58,974 nt of DNA from an uncultured bacterium (GTDB lineage: Bacteria > Chlamydiota > Chlamydiia > Chlamydiales > 2-12-FULL-49-11), in contig CAYZDL010000003.1 in assembly GCA_964477345.1 (NCBI GenBank), positions 1 to 58,974 of the forward strand, in the 5' to 3' direction. Shown here one piece after another: positions 1-10,747 of the stretch (the stretch's first letter is position 1; the number at the start of each line of letters is the position of its first letter). The notes below the pieces were generated by a model. It did not search any database, was not told where the DNA came from, and was given only the letters and a program-made list of their open reading frames with translations. Both the position numbers and the translations under genes were made by a program.

Positions 1-165
1 TATCTTTCCCTTGTAAGAAAATCGAATGATTTGCTATCCTCCTCCGCATGAGTCAAAAAGAGAGATCAAAACAAATGACCTCTTTTAATTTCTCAGATCT
101 TTACAGCGAGTTCTAGCGATAGACCGACCGTGTAGGGAGAAACTGCTATAGGAAAAGGAAATAGT

Positions 166-813
166 ATGTCTCTTACGATTATTGGAAAAAAGCGGGGTAT
201 GACCCGTATTTTCGACACGACCTCTGGAAGAATACTTCCATGTACCGTAATCGAAGTCGAACAAAATGTCATCTCACAAGTTAAAACAGAAAAAACCGAT
301 GGTTATATAGCCGTTCAGCTTGCTAGTGTAGCTATGTCCCCCCAGCAAATAAAAAGAATGACTAAACCGGTTGCTGGCCAATTTATTAAAAAGAACCTAG
401 AGCCTAAGAAAGTTCTTCATGAAACAAGACTTAAAGATGTTTCCGGCTATGAAGTGGGAAATTCAATAGACGCTTCGCAGTTTGCGGTAGGATCATTCGT
501 CGACGTTCGCGGAGTAAGTAAGGGTAAAGGGTATCAAGGGGTCATTAAGAGGCACCATAAGGGGCGAATTGCGAGCTCACACGGAGCGGGACCTGTCCAT
601 AGACATATGGGTTCAGTTGGTTCTATCAGAGCTCACGGACGAGTTGCAAAGAACAAAAGAATGGCTGGTCATATGGGAGACGAGCTTGTAACGATAGAAA
701 GTCTCAAAGTGCTAAAAATAGATGTAGAAAAAAATGCTCTCGTTGTCAAAGGTGCAATTCCTGGTGCTAACGGAGGGGTTGTCTTTATTAGAAAGGCGAT
801 GAAAAAAGGATAG
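166..813 (+). CDS. rplC: 50S ribosomal protein L3 (uL3)
   Basis: 215-aa ORF that heads the L3-L4-L23-L2-S19-L22-S3-L16 gene order. Has uL3-like segments 'KGKGYQGVIKRH' and 'HMGSVGS'. Confidence 0.95.
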   Translation: MSLTIIGKKRGMTRIFDTTSGRILPCTVIEVEQNVISQVKTEKTDGYIAVQLASVAMSPQQIKRMTKPVAGQFIKKNLEPKKVLHETRLKDVSGYEVGNSIDASQFAVGSFVDVRGVSKGKGYQGVIKRHHKGRIASSHGAGPVHRHMGSVGSIRAHGRVAKNKRMAGHMGDELVTIESLKVLKIDVEKNALVVKGAIPGANGGVVFIRKAMKKG

Positions 814-818
814 GATCA

Positions 819-1493
819 ATGGCACAAGCAAAATGTAAAAAGTATGACCTAGGCGGAAATCTAGTTGAAGAAGTAGCGGTCGCGTACGAAGATGATCACA
901 AAGCGAATGCTCAATCTATCAAGGACTATATTGTCGCTTTAAGAAGAAATGCGAGACAGTGGTCTGCTAAGACAAAATCAAGAAATGAATCAAATCACTC
1001 AGGTGCTAAGCCGCATGCTCAAAAAGGTACTGGTAAAGCAAGACAGGGATTCCTAGGTGCTCCGCAATTCAGAGGAGGAGGAAGGGTTCATACTCCGAGA
1101 CCAAAATTTGATCAGCACGTTCGAATCAATCAAAAAGAAAGACGGGCAGCTATTCGACATTTGCTAGTTGAAAAACTCAGCGAAGGGAATGTAATTTTCC
1201 TAAGTGATGAATTCGACAAATATTTTAAAGAGCCGAAAACAAAGATTTTAAGTGCTTTTATCAAAACTCTAGGTTTTGTTGATCAAAGAGTGGTTTGCTT
1301 GGGTGGTGACGCAACGGATAAGCTCTCCATTTTGAATTTTAAGAAGAGTGTTCGAAATATCAAGAAAGCATCTTACATGTTAGCTCAAAATCTTAACGGT
1401 TATGATGTCATGTTAGGGCAAAAATTTGTAGTGATCGATTCGGCAAAAGAGGAATTTCAAAACCTACTAAGAGGCAATGATGCAAAGAACTAA
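819..1493 (+). CDS. rplD: 50S ribosomal protein L4 (uL4)
   Basis: 224-aa ORF directly after rplC. Has uL4-like 'KPHAQKGTGKARQG...APQFRGGG'. Confidence 0.93.
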   Translation: MAQAKCKKYDLGGNLVEEVAVAYEDDHKANAQSIKDYIVALRRNARQWSAKTKSRNESNHSGAKPHAQKGTGKARQGFLGAPQFRGGGRVHTPRPKFDQHVRINQKERRAAIRHLLVEKLSEGNVIFLSDEFDKYFKEPKTKILSAFIKTLGFVDQRVVCLGGDATDKLSILNFKKSVRNIKKASYMLAQNLNGYDVMLGQKFVVIDSAKEEFQNLLRGNDAKN

Positions 1494-1821
1494 TAGAATG
1501 GTATTGAAGGGAGTTCACGTAACCGAGAAATCAAGCGTGATTCAAGGTCTTGTTGAAGCTGAATCAAATCCCTGCATAAAAAGATGTAAGACGCCGAAGT
1601 TTGTGTTTATCGTCGATGTTAAAGCGAATAAAACTGAAATTCGAAAAGCAGTTGAAGCTTTTTTTGAAAAACAGTCAATTACGGTCATCAAAGTTAATAC
1701 CATCACTTTGCCGACAAAGAAGAAACGGGTGAAAGGCACAAGAAAGATGGGGGAGACAGATCTCTTCAAAAAAGCGATTGTCACACTGAAAGAAAGCGAT
1801 AAGCTAAACCTAGAAGCATAA
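1477..1821 (+). CDS. rplW: 50S ribosomal protein L23 (uL23)
   Basis: 114-aa ORF between L4 and L2 with 'VTEKS' near the N-terminus. Start is uncertain: ATG at 1477, 1480 or 1498. Confidence 0.9.
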   Translation: MMQRTNRMVLKGVHVTEKSSVIQGLVEAESNPCIKRCKTPKFVFIVDVKANKTEIRKAVEAFFEKQSITVIKVNTITLPTKKKRVKGTRKMGETDLFKKAIVTLKESDKLNLEA

Positions 1822-1853
1822 ACGAAATAAGTTATTAGATAGAGAGTTTGAAA

Positions 1854-2684
1854 ATGGTCAAGAAGTTTAATCCGACATCACCAGGTAGAAGGCAGTTAGT
1901 TCTTCCGAGTAACGATGAGTTGACAAATAAAACAACTAACAAGCCTTTAAAATCTTTGCTTCATAAAAAGAAAAGAATTTCAGCAAGGAATAACCAAGGT
2001 CACATTACTTCAAGAGCGCGTGGAGGCGGACATAAGCGACAATATCGAATCATTGATTTTAAGAGATCAAAAGATGATATCGCTGCTAAGGTTCTCTCTG
2101 TGGAGTATGATCCTAATAGAAGTACTCACATTGCCCTTATTTGTTATGCCGATGGAGAGAAGTCTTACATTTTGGCGTCGAAAGGAATGAAAGAGGGAGA
2201 TCAGCTGATGTCTGGTCCGAAGGCTCCTATCAGAGATGGGAATGCTTTACCAATCATCAATTTACCTCTTGGTTCAACTATTCATAATATTGAGCTTTAC
2301 CCAGGACGTGGAGGACAAATCGTCCGTACTGCGGGCGGTTCAGCGCAATTGATGGCCAGAAGTGGCGGCTATGCGACCTTGAAATTGCCGTCTGGTGAAA
2401 TGCGATTAGTGAGAGAGACATGCAGAGCGACATTGGGATCTCTATCGAATGCAGAAATGAACTTGACTGTCATAGGGAAAGCAGGACGAAATCGATGGCT
2501 GGGTAAACGACCACTCACTCGTGGAACTGCGACAAACCCGGTCGACGGATGTCAAGGTGGTGGTGAGGGAAAGAAGAAAGGTTACAAACCGAGATCGCCT
2601 TGGGGAACTCCTTCCAAAGGATTTAAAACTAGATCTCGAAGAAAGAGCACAAAAATGATCGTAAAAGATCGAAGAAAAAAGTAG
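1854..2684 (+). CDS. rplB: 50S ribosomal protein L2 (uL2)
   Basis: ORF opens with TTG at 1848, but the ATG at 1854 gives the typical '[13 protein letters not shown]' N-terminus after GAGAG. Also has 'GGGHKRQYR' and '[12 protein letters not shown]'. Confidence 0.95.
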   Translation: MVKKFNPTSPGRRQLVLPSNDELTNKTTNKPLKSLLHKKKRISARNNQGHITSRARGGGHKRQYRIIDFKRSKDDIAAKVLSVEYDPNRSTHIALICYADGEKSYILASKGMKEGDQLMSGPKAPIRDGNALPIINLPLGSTIHNIELYPGRGGQIVRTAGGSAQLMARSGGYATLKLPSGEMRLVRETCRATLGSLSNAEMNLTVIGKAGRNRWLGKRPLTRGTATNPVDGCQGGGEGKKKGYKPRSPWGTPSKGFKTRSRRKSTKMIVKDRRKK

Positions 2685-2698
2685 TGAGGAAGTTTTAA

Positions 2699-2962
2699 AT
2701 GCCAAGATCACTAAGAAAGGGACCTTTTGTTGACCCGAGTGTAACGAGAAAAGTAAGAAAGGCAAAAGCTGAGGGAAGTCATACCCCAATTAAGACATGG
2801 TCTAGACGTTCAATGATTACTCCAGATATGATTGGAACGAACTTTGAGGTCCATAATGGGAAAAAATTTATTCCCGTGTTTGTGAGTGAAAATATGGTAG
2901 TACACAAACTTGGAGAGTTTTCTCCAACTAGAACTTATCGAAAACCAGGTACAAAGAAGTAA
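2699..2962 (+). CDS. rpsS: 30S ribosomal protein S19 (uS19)
   Basis: 87 aa, '[12 protein letters not shown]...HNGKKFIPV', in the position after rplB. Confidence 0.95.
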   Translation: MPRSLRKGPFVDPSVTRKVRKAKAEGSHTPIKTWSRRSMITPDMIGTNFEVHNGKKFIPVFVSENMVVHKLGEFSPTRTYRKPGTKK

Positions 2963-2985
2963 GAGTTTAAATCGAAGGGATAAGA

Positions 2986-3342
2986 ATGGCACTAGCAACC
3001 TGTATAACAAAATATGTGCGAGTAAGTCCGAGAAAGGCTCGTCTTGTACTCAACCTAGTTAGGGGAAAGCCTGTTTTGCAAGCAATGACGCAGCTTTCAC
3101 ACACGAATAATAAAGTAGGCAGATACCTTAAAAAGAGCATCGAAAGCGCTGTAGCAAACGCAGAAAACAATTCAGACGCTAACCGTGAAGATTTGTATGT
3201 TAAGGAAATTCGTATCGATCAAGGCCCCGTATTTAAAAGAGTGTGGGCTAGAAGTAAGGGTAGACGTGCAATGATTAAACGTAAAACTAGTCATTTCGTT
3301 GTTGCTGTCGATAAAATACAAGATCAGAAAAAAGGTAAGTAG
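2986..3342 (+). CDS. rplV: 50S ribosomal protein L22 (uL22)
   Basis: 118 aa, 'VRVSPRKARLVLNLVRG', in the position between S19 and S3. Confidence 0.93.
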   Translation: MALATCITKYVRVSPRKARLVLNLVRGKPVLQAMTQLSHTNNKVGRYLKKSIESAVANAENNSDANREDLYVKEIRIDQGPVFKRVWARSKGRRAMIKRKTSHFVVAVDKIQDQKKGK

Positions 3343-3344
3343 TT

Positions 3345-4016
3345 ATGGGACAAAAGACAAATCCAACTGGGTTCCGATTAGCTGTACAAAAGAAATGGAA
3401 GTCGAATTGGTTTGCGACAAAGAAGGATTTTGGCAATCAGCTGCTCGAAGATGTGCACATTAGGCGTTATTTGAAGAAAAAGCCGTGTTGCCAAGGAACT
3501 GCAGGTTTTACCATCAAGCGAATGGGTGATAAGATCGAGATCACCGTCCATACAGCTCGTCCAGGGCTCGTGATTGGAAAAAAAGGTGCCGAGATTGAGG
3601 TAATTAAGAAAGATCTTAAAAAGTTGACTGGAAAAGAGGTTTGGGTCGAAGTTGAAGAAATTAAAAGACCAGACCTAAATGCAGCTCTAGTGGCGGAATC
3701 TATTGCGATGCAATTAGAGAGACGTGCAGCTTTTAGAAAAGTTTTGAAAAGAGCGATTCAAAATGCGATGGACGCGGGAGCTTTAGGAATTAAAGTGCAA
3801 TGTTCTGGCCGTATTGGTGGAGCAGAGATTGCTCGGACAGAGTGGTATAAAGAAGGGAAAATCCCTTTACAAAATTTGCGCTATGACATTGATTATTCCG
3901 AAGGAAGAGCCGAAACAACTTATGGTTCACTTGGAGTAAAAGTTTGGATTACACGTGGTGAATCGTATGTGCAACCTAAAACGCAAACTGTGCAAACTCA
4001 AGCAGCGGGAGGATAA
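3345..4016 (+). CDS. rpsC: 30S ribosomal protein S3 (uS3)
   Basis: 223 aa, 'MGQKTNPTGFRL', KH-like 'VIGKKGAEIE', in the conserved position. Confidence 0.95.
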   Translation: MGQKTNPTGFRLAVQKKWKSNWFATKKDFGNQLLEDVHIRRYLKKKPCCQGTAGFTIKRMGDKIEITVHTARPGLVIGKKGAEIEVIKKDLKKLTGKEVWVEVEEIKRPDLNAALVAESIAMQLERRAAFRKVLKRAIQNAMDAGALGIKVQCSGRIGGAEIARTEWYKEGKIPLQNLRYDIDYSEGRAETTYGSLGVKVWITRGESYVQPKTQTVQTQAAGG

Positions 4017-4022
4017 CGGATT

Positions 4023-4448
4023 ATGGCGCTGATGCCAAAAAGACAAAAATTTCGCAAGCAAATGAAGGGCGAAAGGGCGGGCCTAAGCAAAGGTGGTAAC
4101 TTCGTTGTTTACGGGGACTACGGAATGCAAGTCCTTGAGAGAGGATGGATAAAGGCTAACCAAATTGAAGCGTGCCGTGTGGCCATAAACAGGTTTTTTA
4201 GCAGAAAGGGAAAAGTTTGGATTAGAATTTTCCCCGATAAGCCGATTACGAGAAAGCCAGCAGAAACGCGAATGGGAAAAGGAAAGGGCGCTGTAGATCA
4301 TTATGCTTGTGTCGTAAGACCAGGCCGAATCCTTTTTGAAGTAGGAAACGTAACTAAAGACCAAGCACAAAGAGCGATGGGGATTGCTTCAGGAAAGCTG
4401 AATGTACGCACGCGGTTTGTGGAAAGGGTCGAAACGGTAAAAGCTTAG
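4023..4448 (+). CDS. rplP: 50S ribosomal protein L16 (uL16)
   Basis: 141 aa, '[13 protein letters not shown]', 'ETRMGKGKG'. Confidence 0.95.
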   Translation: MALMPKRQKFRKQMKGERAGLSKGGNFVVYGDYGMQVLERGWIKANQIEACRVAINRFFSRKGKVWIRIFPDKPITRKPAETRMGKGKGAVDHYACVVRPGRILFEVGNVTKDQAQRAMGIASGKLNVRTRFVERVETVKA

Positions 4449-4458
4449 GAATAATGCA

Positions 4459-4668
4459 ATGAGTAAAATGAGCCTCGAAGAGTTGAAGTCAAAATCAGTG
4501 CCGGACCTTCATGATCAGATTGATTTGTGGAGAGAAGAGTACACCAGGTTGAAAATTGTAGCCAATTTACAAAAAAAGGCTGAAAAGCCTCATATGTTTA
4601 GGCTTCTAAAAAAACAAACAGCCAGAGCAATGACTTTGATTAAACAAAAACAGATGGAAGGGGACTAA
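4459..4668 (+). CDS. rpmC: 50S ribosomal protein L29 (uL29)
   Basis: 69-aa helical ORF between L16 and S17. Confidence 0.88.
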   Translation: MSKMSLEELKSKSVPDLHDQIDLWREEYTRLKIVANLQKKAEKPHMFRLLKKQTARAMTLIKQKQMEGD

Positions 4669-4677
4669 AGGTAAATC

Positions 4678-4929
4678 ATGGAAAAACGAAAAACATTAGA
4701 AGGGGTAGTCACTTCAAATAAAATGAATAAAACTGTTGTAGTGACAGTTACGACAACCATGAGACACCCAAAGTACTTAAAAGTGGTCAAAAGAAATAAG
4801 AAATTTTTCGCACATACAGAAACAAATGATCACAACATTGGCGATAAGGTAACAATTACTGAAACCCGTCCACTTTCAAAGTTGAAAAATTGGCGGGTAG
4901 TAAAAACAGAACGTGAGACAACAGCATGA
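4678..4929 (+). CDS. rpsQ: 30S ribosomal protein S17 (uS17)
   Basis: 83 aa, '[16 protein letters not shown]'. Its end overlaps the rplN start by 4 nt. Confidence 0.92.
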   Translation: MEKRKTLEGVVTSNKMNKTVVVTVTTTMRHPKYLKVVKRNKKFFAHTETNDHNIGDKVTITETRPLSKLKNWRVVKTERETTA

Positions 4930-5297
4930 TTCAGCAAGAAACGGATTTAGAAGTAGCAGATAACACAGGTGCAAAGAGAGTTCGTTGCATTAAGGTACTT
5001 AGAGGTTCTAAGAGACGTTATGCATCGATTGGTGACATTGTTGTCTGTTCTGTAAAAGAAGCTATTCCAAAAGCTTCCGTGAAAAAAGGTAGTGTGATTA
5101 AAGCAGTAGTTGTTAGAACTAAGAAATGGATAAAAAGACCTGATGGTTCTTATTTGAGATTTCACGTAAACAGCTGCGTTGTTTTAGATGATAAATTAGA
5201 AAATCCCAAAGGAACTCGAATCTTTGGACCTGTCGCAAGGGAACTTCGTGAGCGCGGGTTTATGAAAATTGTTTCGTTGGCACCAGAGGTCATTTAG
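4926..5297 (+). CDS. rplN: 50S ribosomal protein L14 (uL14)
   Basis: 123 aa, '[17 protein letters not shown]'. Confidence 0.95.
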   Translation: MIQQETDLEVADNTGAKRVRCIKVLRGSKRRYASIGDIVVCSVKEAIPKASVKKGSVIKAVVVRTKKWIKRPDGSYLRFHVNSCVVLDDKLENPKGTRIFGPVARELRERGFMKIVSLAPEVI

Positions 5298-5308
5298 TAG
5301 GGAGAAGG

Positions 5309-5626
5309 ATGAATATGAGACTAAAGAAAGATGATACTGTTATCGTGATCGCTGGAAACGAGAAAGGTAAAGAAGGAAAAGTTAAGGTTATCAAAGGCAA
5401 TAAAATTGTCGTGCAAGGTGTAAATCTCCATAAGAGACACCAAAAAGCACAACAAGGGAAAAAAGGTACTATTGTTGAATCCGAAGCAGCCATTGATATC
5501 TCTAACGTTGCTTTTTCTGCCGATGGTGAGGCTGTTAAAATACGCGCAAGGATCACAGAAGAAGGAAAAAAAGAGTTGTATTATCGGACAAAGAACGGAA
5601 CTGAAAAAACAATCCGTACGGTTTAA
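5309..5626 (+). CDS. rplX: 50S ribosomal protein L24 (uL24)
   Basis: 105 aa with a KOW-like '[21 protein letters not shown]'. Confidence 0.9.
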   Translation: MNMRLKKDDTVIVIAGNEKGKEGKVKVIKGNKIVVQGVNLHKRHQKAQQGKKGTIVESEAAIDISNVAFSADGEAVKIRARITEEGKKELYYRTKNGTEKTIRTV

Positions 5627-5649
5627 CTAAAGAGATTAGTAGGAATAAG

Positions 5650-6198
5650 ATGAAGAAATCACCTTTACAAGTAAAGTACGAGACAAGTGTCAAGGGAGCT
5701 TTGCAGGAGAAGTTTGGAATAGCAAATAGTATGCAAATCCCAAAGCTATGTAAAATTGTCATCAGTATGGGGCTTGCTGAAGCGAGTAAAGACAAGCAAC
5801 TTATTGAGCATTGTGTTGAGGCGCTAACTTTATTGAGCGGACAAAAAGCAGTCACGACGAAATCGAAAAAAGCGATCTCTAACTTTAAATTACGCGAAAA
5901 TCAGACGATTGGAGCTAAGGTGACTCTTAGAGGACACAGAATGTATGACTTTATGTACCGATTTACCAATCTTTCTGTGCCACGAGTTCCAGACTTTCGT
6001 GGGATGAAGCCAAAGGCTGATGGAAGAGGATCGTATTCATTGGGACTCAAAGATCAGTTGGTTTTCCCTGAAATTGACTTAGATAAAGTAAAGTTCACCC
6101 AGGGTATGAATATTACATTTGTTACGAATGCAACTAATGACGAAGAGTGTTTAGAGTTGTTAACCCTAATGGGCTTGCCCTTAAAACATAAGAAATAG
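5650..6198 (+). CDS. rplE: 50S ribosomal protein L5 (uL5)
   Basis: 182 aa, '[21 protein letters not shown]', in the conserved position. Confidence 0.95.
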   Translation: MKKSPLQVKYETSVKGALQEKFGIANSMQIPKLCKIVISMGLAEASKDKQLIEHCVEALTLLSGQKAVTTKSKKAISNFKLRENQTIGAKVTLRGHRMYDFMYRFTNLSVPRVPDFRGMKPKADGRGSYSLGLKDQLVFPEIDLDKVKFTQGMNITFVTNATNDEECLELLTLMGLPLKHKK

Positions 6199-6221
6199 AG
6201 AAGAGAGAAGAGGTAGACTCA

Positions 6222-6611
6222 ATGTTAAACGATCCAATTGCCGATATGCTTACAAGGGTCAGGAATGCTGCCCAACAGAAACATCGTTACGTTGATGTAC
6301 GCTTGAGTAAGCAGATATTGTTCATGCTTGACGTACTCGTAGGTGATGGCTTTATTCAGCAGTATGTAGTGAATGATGAGAAGAGATTGGTCCGTATTTA
6401 TCTTAAATATGACAAATCTAGAAATCCTTTTATCCAAGGGCTAAAGAGAATCTCTAAGCCTGGCAAAAGGATCTATGTTAAATGGGATGAAGTCCCCATC
6501 ATCAGTAAAGGACTTGGAATGTCTGTTGTATCGACGTCTAAGGGAATCATGAGTGGAACGAATGCCAGAAAGCAGCACATAGGCGGCGAACTTCTCTGTG
6601 CAATATGGTAA
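6222..6611 (+). CDS. rpsH: 30S ribosomal protein S8 (uS8)
   Basis: 129 aa, 'DPIADMLTRVRNA'. It follows rplE directly, with no rpsN between them. Confidence 0.95.
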   Translation: MLNDPIADMLTRVRNAAQQKHRYVDVRLSKQILFMLDVLVGDGFIQQYVVNDEKRLVRIYLKYDKSRNPFIQGLKRISKPGKRIYVKWDEVPIISKGLGMSVVSTSKGIMSGTNARKQHIGGELLCAIW

Positions 6612-6631
6612 TAAGGAAAGTGGAGTAGTAG

Positions 6632-7165
6632 ATGTCTAGACTTGCAAAGAAGCCAATTGTATGTCCTAAGGGCGTAGAGTTAAAAATTGCTGGAAGAAAA
6701 ATTACAGTAAAAGGACCTAAAGGTTCTATAGAGATGGAATTGAATGAGGGCATAGAAATTGAAATGGACAATTCCAAAATCAATGTCAAGTCTTTACCAG
6801 AGTTAGCTCATAGACCATTTTTAGGACTTTGCAGAAGCTTATTAAATAACGCCGTCATTGGTGTTAGTGAAGGGTATGAGAGAAAATTAGAGTTAGTTGG
6901 CGTTGGATTCAAAGCTGCGGTCAAAGGAGACAAGCTCGAATTAGCGCTAGGTTTTTCACATCCGAACGTCCTCGCAATTCCTGCAGGATTAAAAGTGGCG
7001 GTTGAAAAGAACACATTGATCAGTGTCTCTGGTCATGACAAAGGTGTAGTAGGACAATTTGCTGCATCGGTAAGAGCATTGAGACCACCTGAACCTTATA
7101 AAGGGAAGGGTGTTCGGTATCAAAATGAAGTTGTGCGTAAGAAAGCTGGAAAGACAGCTAAGTAA
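6632..7165 (+). CDS. rplF: 50S ribosomal protein L6 (uL6)
   Basis: 177 aa, 'MSRLAKKPI', 'PEPYKGKGVRY'. Confidence 0.95.
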   Translation: MSRLAKKPIVCPKGVELKIAGRKITVKGPKGSIEMELNEGIEIEMDNSKINVKSLPELAHRPFLGLCRSLLNNAVIGVSEGYERKLELVGVGFKAAVKGDKLELALGFSHPNVLAIPAGLKVAVEKNTLISVSGHDKGVVGQFAASVRALRPPEPYKGKGVRYQNEVVRKKAGKTAK

Positions 7166-7191
7166 TTAGAGTAGGAGCGTGTGTAAATAGT

Positions 7192-7551
7192 ATGGAAAGC
7201 GAAAAGAGAAGAGCAATTGTATTGCGAGACAAAAGAGCGACGAGAGTAAGAAAACAGCTCATTAAAAGTCCAAGACCGAGGCTTTGTGTTTTTAGATCAG
7301 CAAAGCATGTCTACGCACAAATTATTGATGACAACCAGAGTTTGACTGTATGCGGAATTGGCACCTACGATAAAAGCTTGAAAAGCATGAAAGATAAAAA
7401 GCAAGCAGCTAAGGCTGTTGGTTTAAAGATTGCCGAAAAAGCAAAAGAGCACAACATAGAAGAAGTGGTCTTTGATCGAGGTCGTTACAAGTTTCATGGA
7501 CGTGTGGCCGCAATTGCAGAAGGTGCCCGTGAGGGTGGATTATCATTTTAG
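7192..7551 (+). CDS. rplR: 50S ribosomal protein L18 (uL18)
   Basis: 119 aa, 'VFRSAKHVYAQIIDD', 'FDRGRYKFHGRV'. Confidence 0.93.
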   Translation: MESEKRRAIVLRDKRATRVRKQLIKSPRPRLCVFRSAKHVYAQIIDDNQSLTVCGIGTYDKSLKSMKDKKQAAKAVGLKIAEKAKEHNIEEVVFDRGRYKFHGRVAAIAEGAREGGLSF

Positions 7552-7572
7552 AAATGGAAGGAATTAGCATTC

Positions 7573-8073
7573 ATGGTAGCTGACAAGAAGGGAAAGCCAA
7601 GAGAAGAAACATCAAAGGGCGATTTTCAAGAGAAGGTGTTGTTTATCAACCGATGCGCAAAGGTCGTCAAGGGTGGACGACGCTTTAGTTTTTCAGCACT
7701 TGTTGTAGTAGGTGATGGAAAGGGTAGAGTCGGCATGGGATTTGGAAAGGCCAACGAGGTAACGGACGCGATAAGAAAGGCTGTCGAAGACGGAAAGCGT
7801 TCGATGATTCGTTTTGAAGTTGAAGGGGACACTATACCCCACGATGTGCAAGCGACATACGATGGTGCCTCGGTCCTTATTAAAGCGGCTGGTGATGGTA
7901 CAGGAGTTATTGCAGGATCACACGTGAGAGCGGTTCTTGAGATGGTAGGAATCAAGGATGTTGTTGCAAAAAACTTGGGTGGAAATAATCCTAATAACCA
8001 AGTACGTGCAACATTTAGAGCTCTTGGTAAGCTAAGAAATAAAGACAAGACTCTCGCGATGAGAAGAGGATAG
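7573..8073 (+). CDS. rpsE: 30S ribosomal protein S5 (uS5)
   Basis: 166 aa, 'INRCAKVVKGGRRFSF', 'VVGDGKGRVGMGFGKA'. Confidence 0.95.
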   Translation: MVADKKGKPREETSKGDFQEKVLFINRCAKVVKGGRRFSFSALVVVGDGKGRVGMGFGKANEVTDAIRKAVEDGKRSMIRFEVEGDTIPHDVQATYDGASVLIKAAGDGTGVIAGSHVRAVLEMVGIKDVVAKNLGGNNPNNQVRATFRALGKLRNKDKTLAMRRG

Positions 8074-8076
8074 AAT

Positions 8077-8526
8077 ATGAAATTGCATGAACTGAAAAAT
8101 ACATCAAGAAAACATAAGAAGCCAAAGAGACTTGGGAGAGGAATCGGTTCACGCGGAAAAATGTGTGGACGAGGAATGAAGGGAGCGAAGGCTAGGTCCG
8201 GGTATAAGAGACGAACAGGTCGTGAAGGCGGTCAGTTGCCACTCTTTAAAAGGGTACCAATTCGAGGTTTTACTAGAGGAGCTTTCCTAGAAGATTCCTA
8301 CGCTGTCAACCTAGCGATTATTGATCGTTATTTTGAGCAAGGCGAGGTAGTTAATTTGGAGTCTCTAAGAGCAAAAAAATTGATTTCAAAGAAAAAGAGC
8401 CCAATTTTGAAGATTCTCGGTAATGGCGAATTGACCAAAGTCTTGTCATTTGAGGTTCATGAAGTCTCAAAAAATGCAGAAGAGAAAATTACAAAAGCGA
8501 AGGGAAGCCTAAAACTAATCAAATGA
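8077..8526 (+). CDS. rplO: 50S ribosomal protein L15 (uL15)
   Basis: 149 aa, 'RLGRGIGSRGK'. It follows rpsE directly, with no rpmD between them. Confidence 0.93.
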   Translation: MKLHELKNTSRKHKKPKRLGRGIGSRGKMCGRGMKGAKARSGYKRRTGREGGQLPLFKRVPIRGFTRGAFLEDSYAVNLAIIDRYFEQGEVVNLESLRAKKLISKKKSPILKILGNGELTKVLSFEVHEVSKNAEEKITKAKGSLKLIK

Positions 8527-9896
8527 TTAAAGCGCTAAAAAATATTTTTTCGGTCGAGGAATTGAGGAAAAAGATTGTTTTTACATTTCTTCTACTCATA
8601 GTTTGTCGAATCGGTGCTTATGTTCCTGTTCCTGGAATTAATGCAGATGAAATAGTGAAGGCTTTTCAATTTGCCACTAAAGGTGGACAAAACCTTTTTC
8701 AATTAGTGGATATGTTTACAGGTGGTGCCTTTGCAAAGATGGCTATCATTGGTTTGGGTGTAATGCCGTACATTACGTCATCCATTATTTTGCAACTTTT
8801 GATGGCTTTAGTGCCCTCATTCAAACGCGAAGTGAAGGAAAATCCAGATCAAGGACGTAGAAAGATCGGTAAGTGGACTAGGATATTGACGCTAGTTTTA
8901 GCTTTGTTCCAGTCTTCCATGATGGCAAGAGAAGCTCTATATTTAAATTCGACTAACCCAGGGATTATCTATGACCCTGTGCTGGCGGTAAAGTTTTTTG
9001 GGTTTCCGTGGTTGTTTTATCTCCTCTTTATGGTGACTATGACAACTGGTACATTGTACTTGATGTGGTTAGGTGAGCAGATAACTGAAAAAGGGATTGG
9101 AAACGGCGTAAGTTTGATTATTACTGTGGGGATTTTGGCCTCATTACCCTCGACGATAGGCTTGTTAGTTTCTCAATTGAATCTAGAATCGCAAGAAATG
9201 GGTCAAATGACTTTTTCTTCATTGATTGTACTGGCCGCATTCTTTATAATGATCGTCGTTGGAACGATACTTATTATACAAGGAATGAGAAAGGTGCCTC
9301 TTCAGTACGCTAGAAGAGTATCTACAGAGCGTGAGTTGAAGACATCAGATGCTTATATTCCTCTCAAATTAAATTATGCAGGGGTAATACCAGTAATTTT
9401 TGCATCGGCTATATTGATGTTTCCAGCAACGATTGCTCAGTTTCTGGGAAAAGGCAGTGTGCTTGGAAATTTTGCATCGTATTTAGTTCCAGGAACTGTA
9501 GTGTATGCAACTTTGTACGTGGCTTTAATTGTGTTTTTCACGTTTTTTTGGACAGCATCACAATTTCAGCCTGATCAGATTGCCTCTGATATGAAAAGAA
9601 ATGGAGCCTTTATTCCTGGAATTAGGCAGGGGAAGGCAACCCAAGACTATCTTGAGAAGACGATGAACACAATTACACTCTTAGGAGCAGTAAGTTTGGC
9701 TTTCATTGCGATTCTTCCCATGATTGTAGGTAGGGTATTACACGTAGATCAAGCAGTTAGCCATTTTTTTGGGGGGACATCGCTTTTGATCATGGTGGGA
9801 GTGGTATTGGATACAATGAAACAAGTAGAATCGCATTTGCTTATGAATCGATATGATGGATTTATGAGTAGGAAAAAGGCAAAAGCAAGACTTTAA
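8523..9896 (+). CDS. secY: preprotein translocase subunit SecY
   Basis: 457-aa polytopic membrane ORF after rplO. Has '[23 protein letters not shown]' and '[16 protein letters not shown]'. Confidence 0.95.
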   Translation: MIKALKNIFSVEELRKKIVFTFLLLIVCRIGAYVPVPGINADEIVKAFQFATKGGQNLFQLVDMFTGGAFAKMAIIGLGVMPYITSSIILQLLMALVPSFKREVKENPDQGRRKIGKWTRILTLVLALFQSSMMAREALYLNSTNPGIIYDPVLAVKFFGFPWLFYLLFMVTMTTGTLYLMWLGEQITEKGIGNGVSLIITVGILASLPSTIGLLVSQLNLESQEMGQMTFSSLIVLAAFFIMIVVGTILIIQGMRKVPLQYARRVSTERELKTSDAYIPLKLNYAGVIPVIFASAILMFPATIAQFLGKGSVLGNFASYLVPGTVVYATLYVALIVFFTFFWTASQFQPDQIASDMKRNGAFIPGIRQGKATQDYLEKTMNTITLLGAVSLAFIAILPMIVGRVLHVDQAVSHFFGGTSLLIMVGVVLDTMKQVESHLLMNRYDGFMSRKKAKARL

Positions 9897-9915
9897 CAAT
9901 AGGAAGATAGGGAAT

Positions 9916-10284
9916 ATGCCTAGGATAACAGGAGTAGACATTCCAAAAAAGAAGCGGCTAGAGGTAGCTTTGACTTACATCTATGGTGTAGGATTGAAGA
10001 GATCTCAAGACATTATCAAGGAACTTGGATTGAATTTGGATATGAAAGCTGAGGAATTGACTGAAGCACAAGCTGCACAGTTGACGACTTACATCCAGAC
10101 AACATACACAGTTGAAGGGGACCTGAGACGTGAAGTGCAAGGAAATATCAAACGTTTGATCTCAATTGGCTGTTATCGTGGGATTAGACATCGCTTAGGC
10201 TTGCCTGTTCGAGGACAAAGAACGTCGACCAATGCGAGAACGAGAAAAGGGAAGAAAAAAACGGTCGCTAATAAGAAGAAGTAG
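9916..10284 (+). CDS. rpsM: 30S ribosomal protein S13 (uS13)
   Basis: 122 aa, '[10 protein letters not shown]', '[17 protein letters not shown]'. It follows secY directly, with no infA, rpmJ, adk or map. Confidence 0.95.
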   Translation: MPRITGVDIPKKKRLEVALTYIYGVGLKRSQDIIKELGLNLDMKAEELTEAQAAQLTTYIQTTYTVEGDLRREVQGNIKRLISIGCYRGIRHRLGLPVRGQRTSTNARTRKGKKKTVANKKK

Positions 10285-10294
10285 GAGCTGATTT

Positions 10295-10711
10295 GTGGCA
10301 AAGAGTAAAGAAAAAGTCCAAAAAGTGATGAAAAAAAAGCCTGTAAAGGCGAAGAAAAAAAGACAGGTATCGTCTGGAATCGCTCACGTAAAGTCAACGT
10401 TTAATAACACGATCGTGACGATTACAGATCCTTCAGGCAATGTGATTGCTTGGTCATCTGCAGGAAAAGTTAACTTTTCTGGTTCAAAGAAGTCGTCTGG
10501 ATTTGCGGCGACAGTAGCTGCACAAGATGCTGGAAAGATCGCAAGTGGCTTAGGGATGAAAGAAGTTGAGGTAATGCTAAAAGGAGCTGGTGCAGGGCGT
10601 GAATCAGCAGTCAGAGGAATCGTTTCAGCAGGAATAACTGTGACGGTGATAAAAGATGTTACGCCTATTCCGCACAATGGGTGCAGACCTCGAAAGAGAA
10701 GAAGAGTATAG
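10295..10711 (+). CDS. rpsK: 30S ribosomal protein S11 (uS11)
   Basis: 138 aa with a GTG start 7 nt after AGGAG. Has '[18 protein letters not shown]' and '[15 protein letters not shown]'. Confidence 0.95.
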   Translation: MAKSKEKVQKVMKKKPVKAKKKRQVSSGIAHVKSTFNNTIVTITDPSGNVIAWSSAGKVNFSGSKKSSGFAATVAAQDAGKIASGLGMKEVEVMLKGAGAGRESAVRGIVSAGITVTVIKDVTPIPHNGCRPRKRRRV

Positions 10712-10747
10712 AATTACCAGGGTTATCCATATTAGGGGAGAAAAAAA

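Noticed and set aside
1-165. Possible divergent partial ORF (ATG on the minus strand at ~50 running off the window) and an r-protein operon leader.
   Set aside because: Only ~16 codons are visible and no confident promoter hexamers were found. There is too little sequence to support a call.
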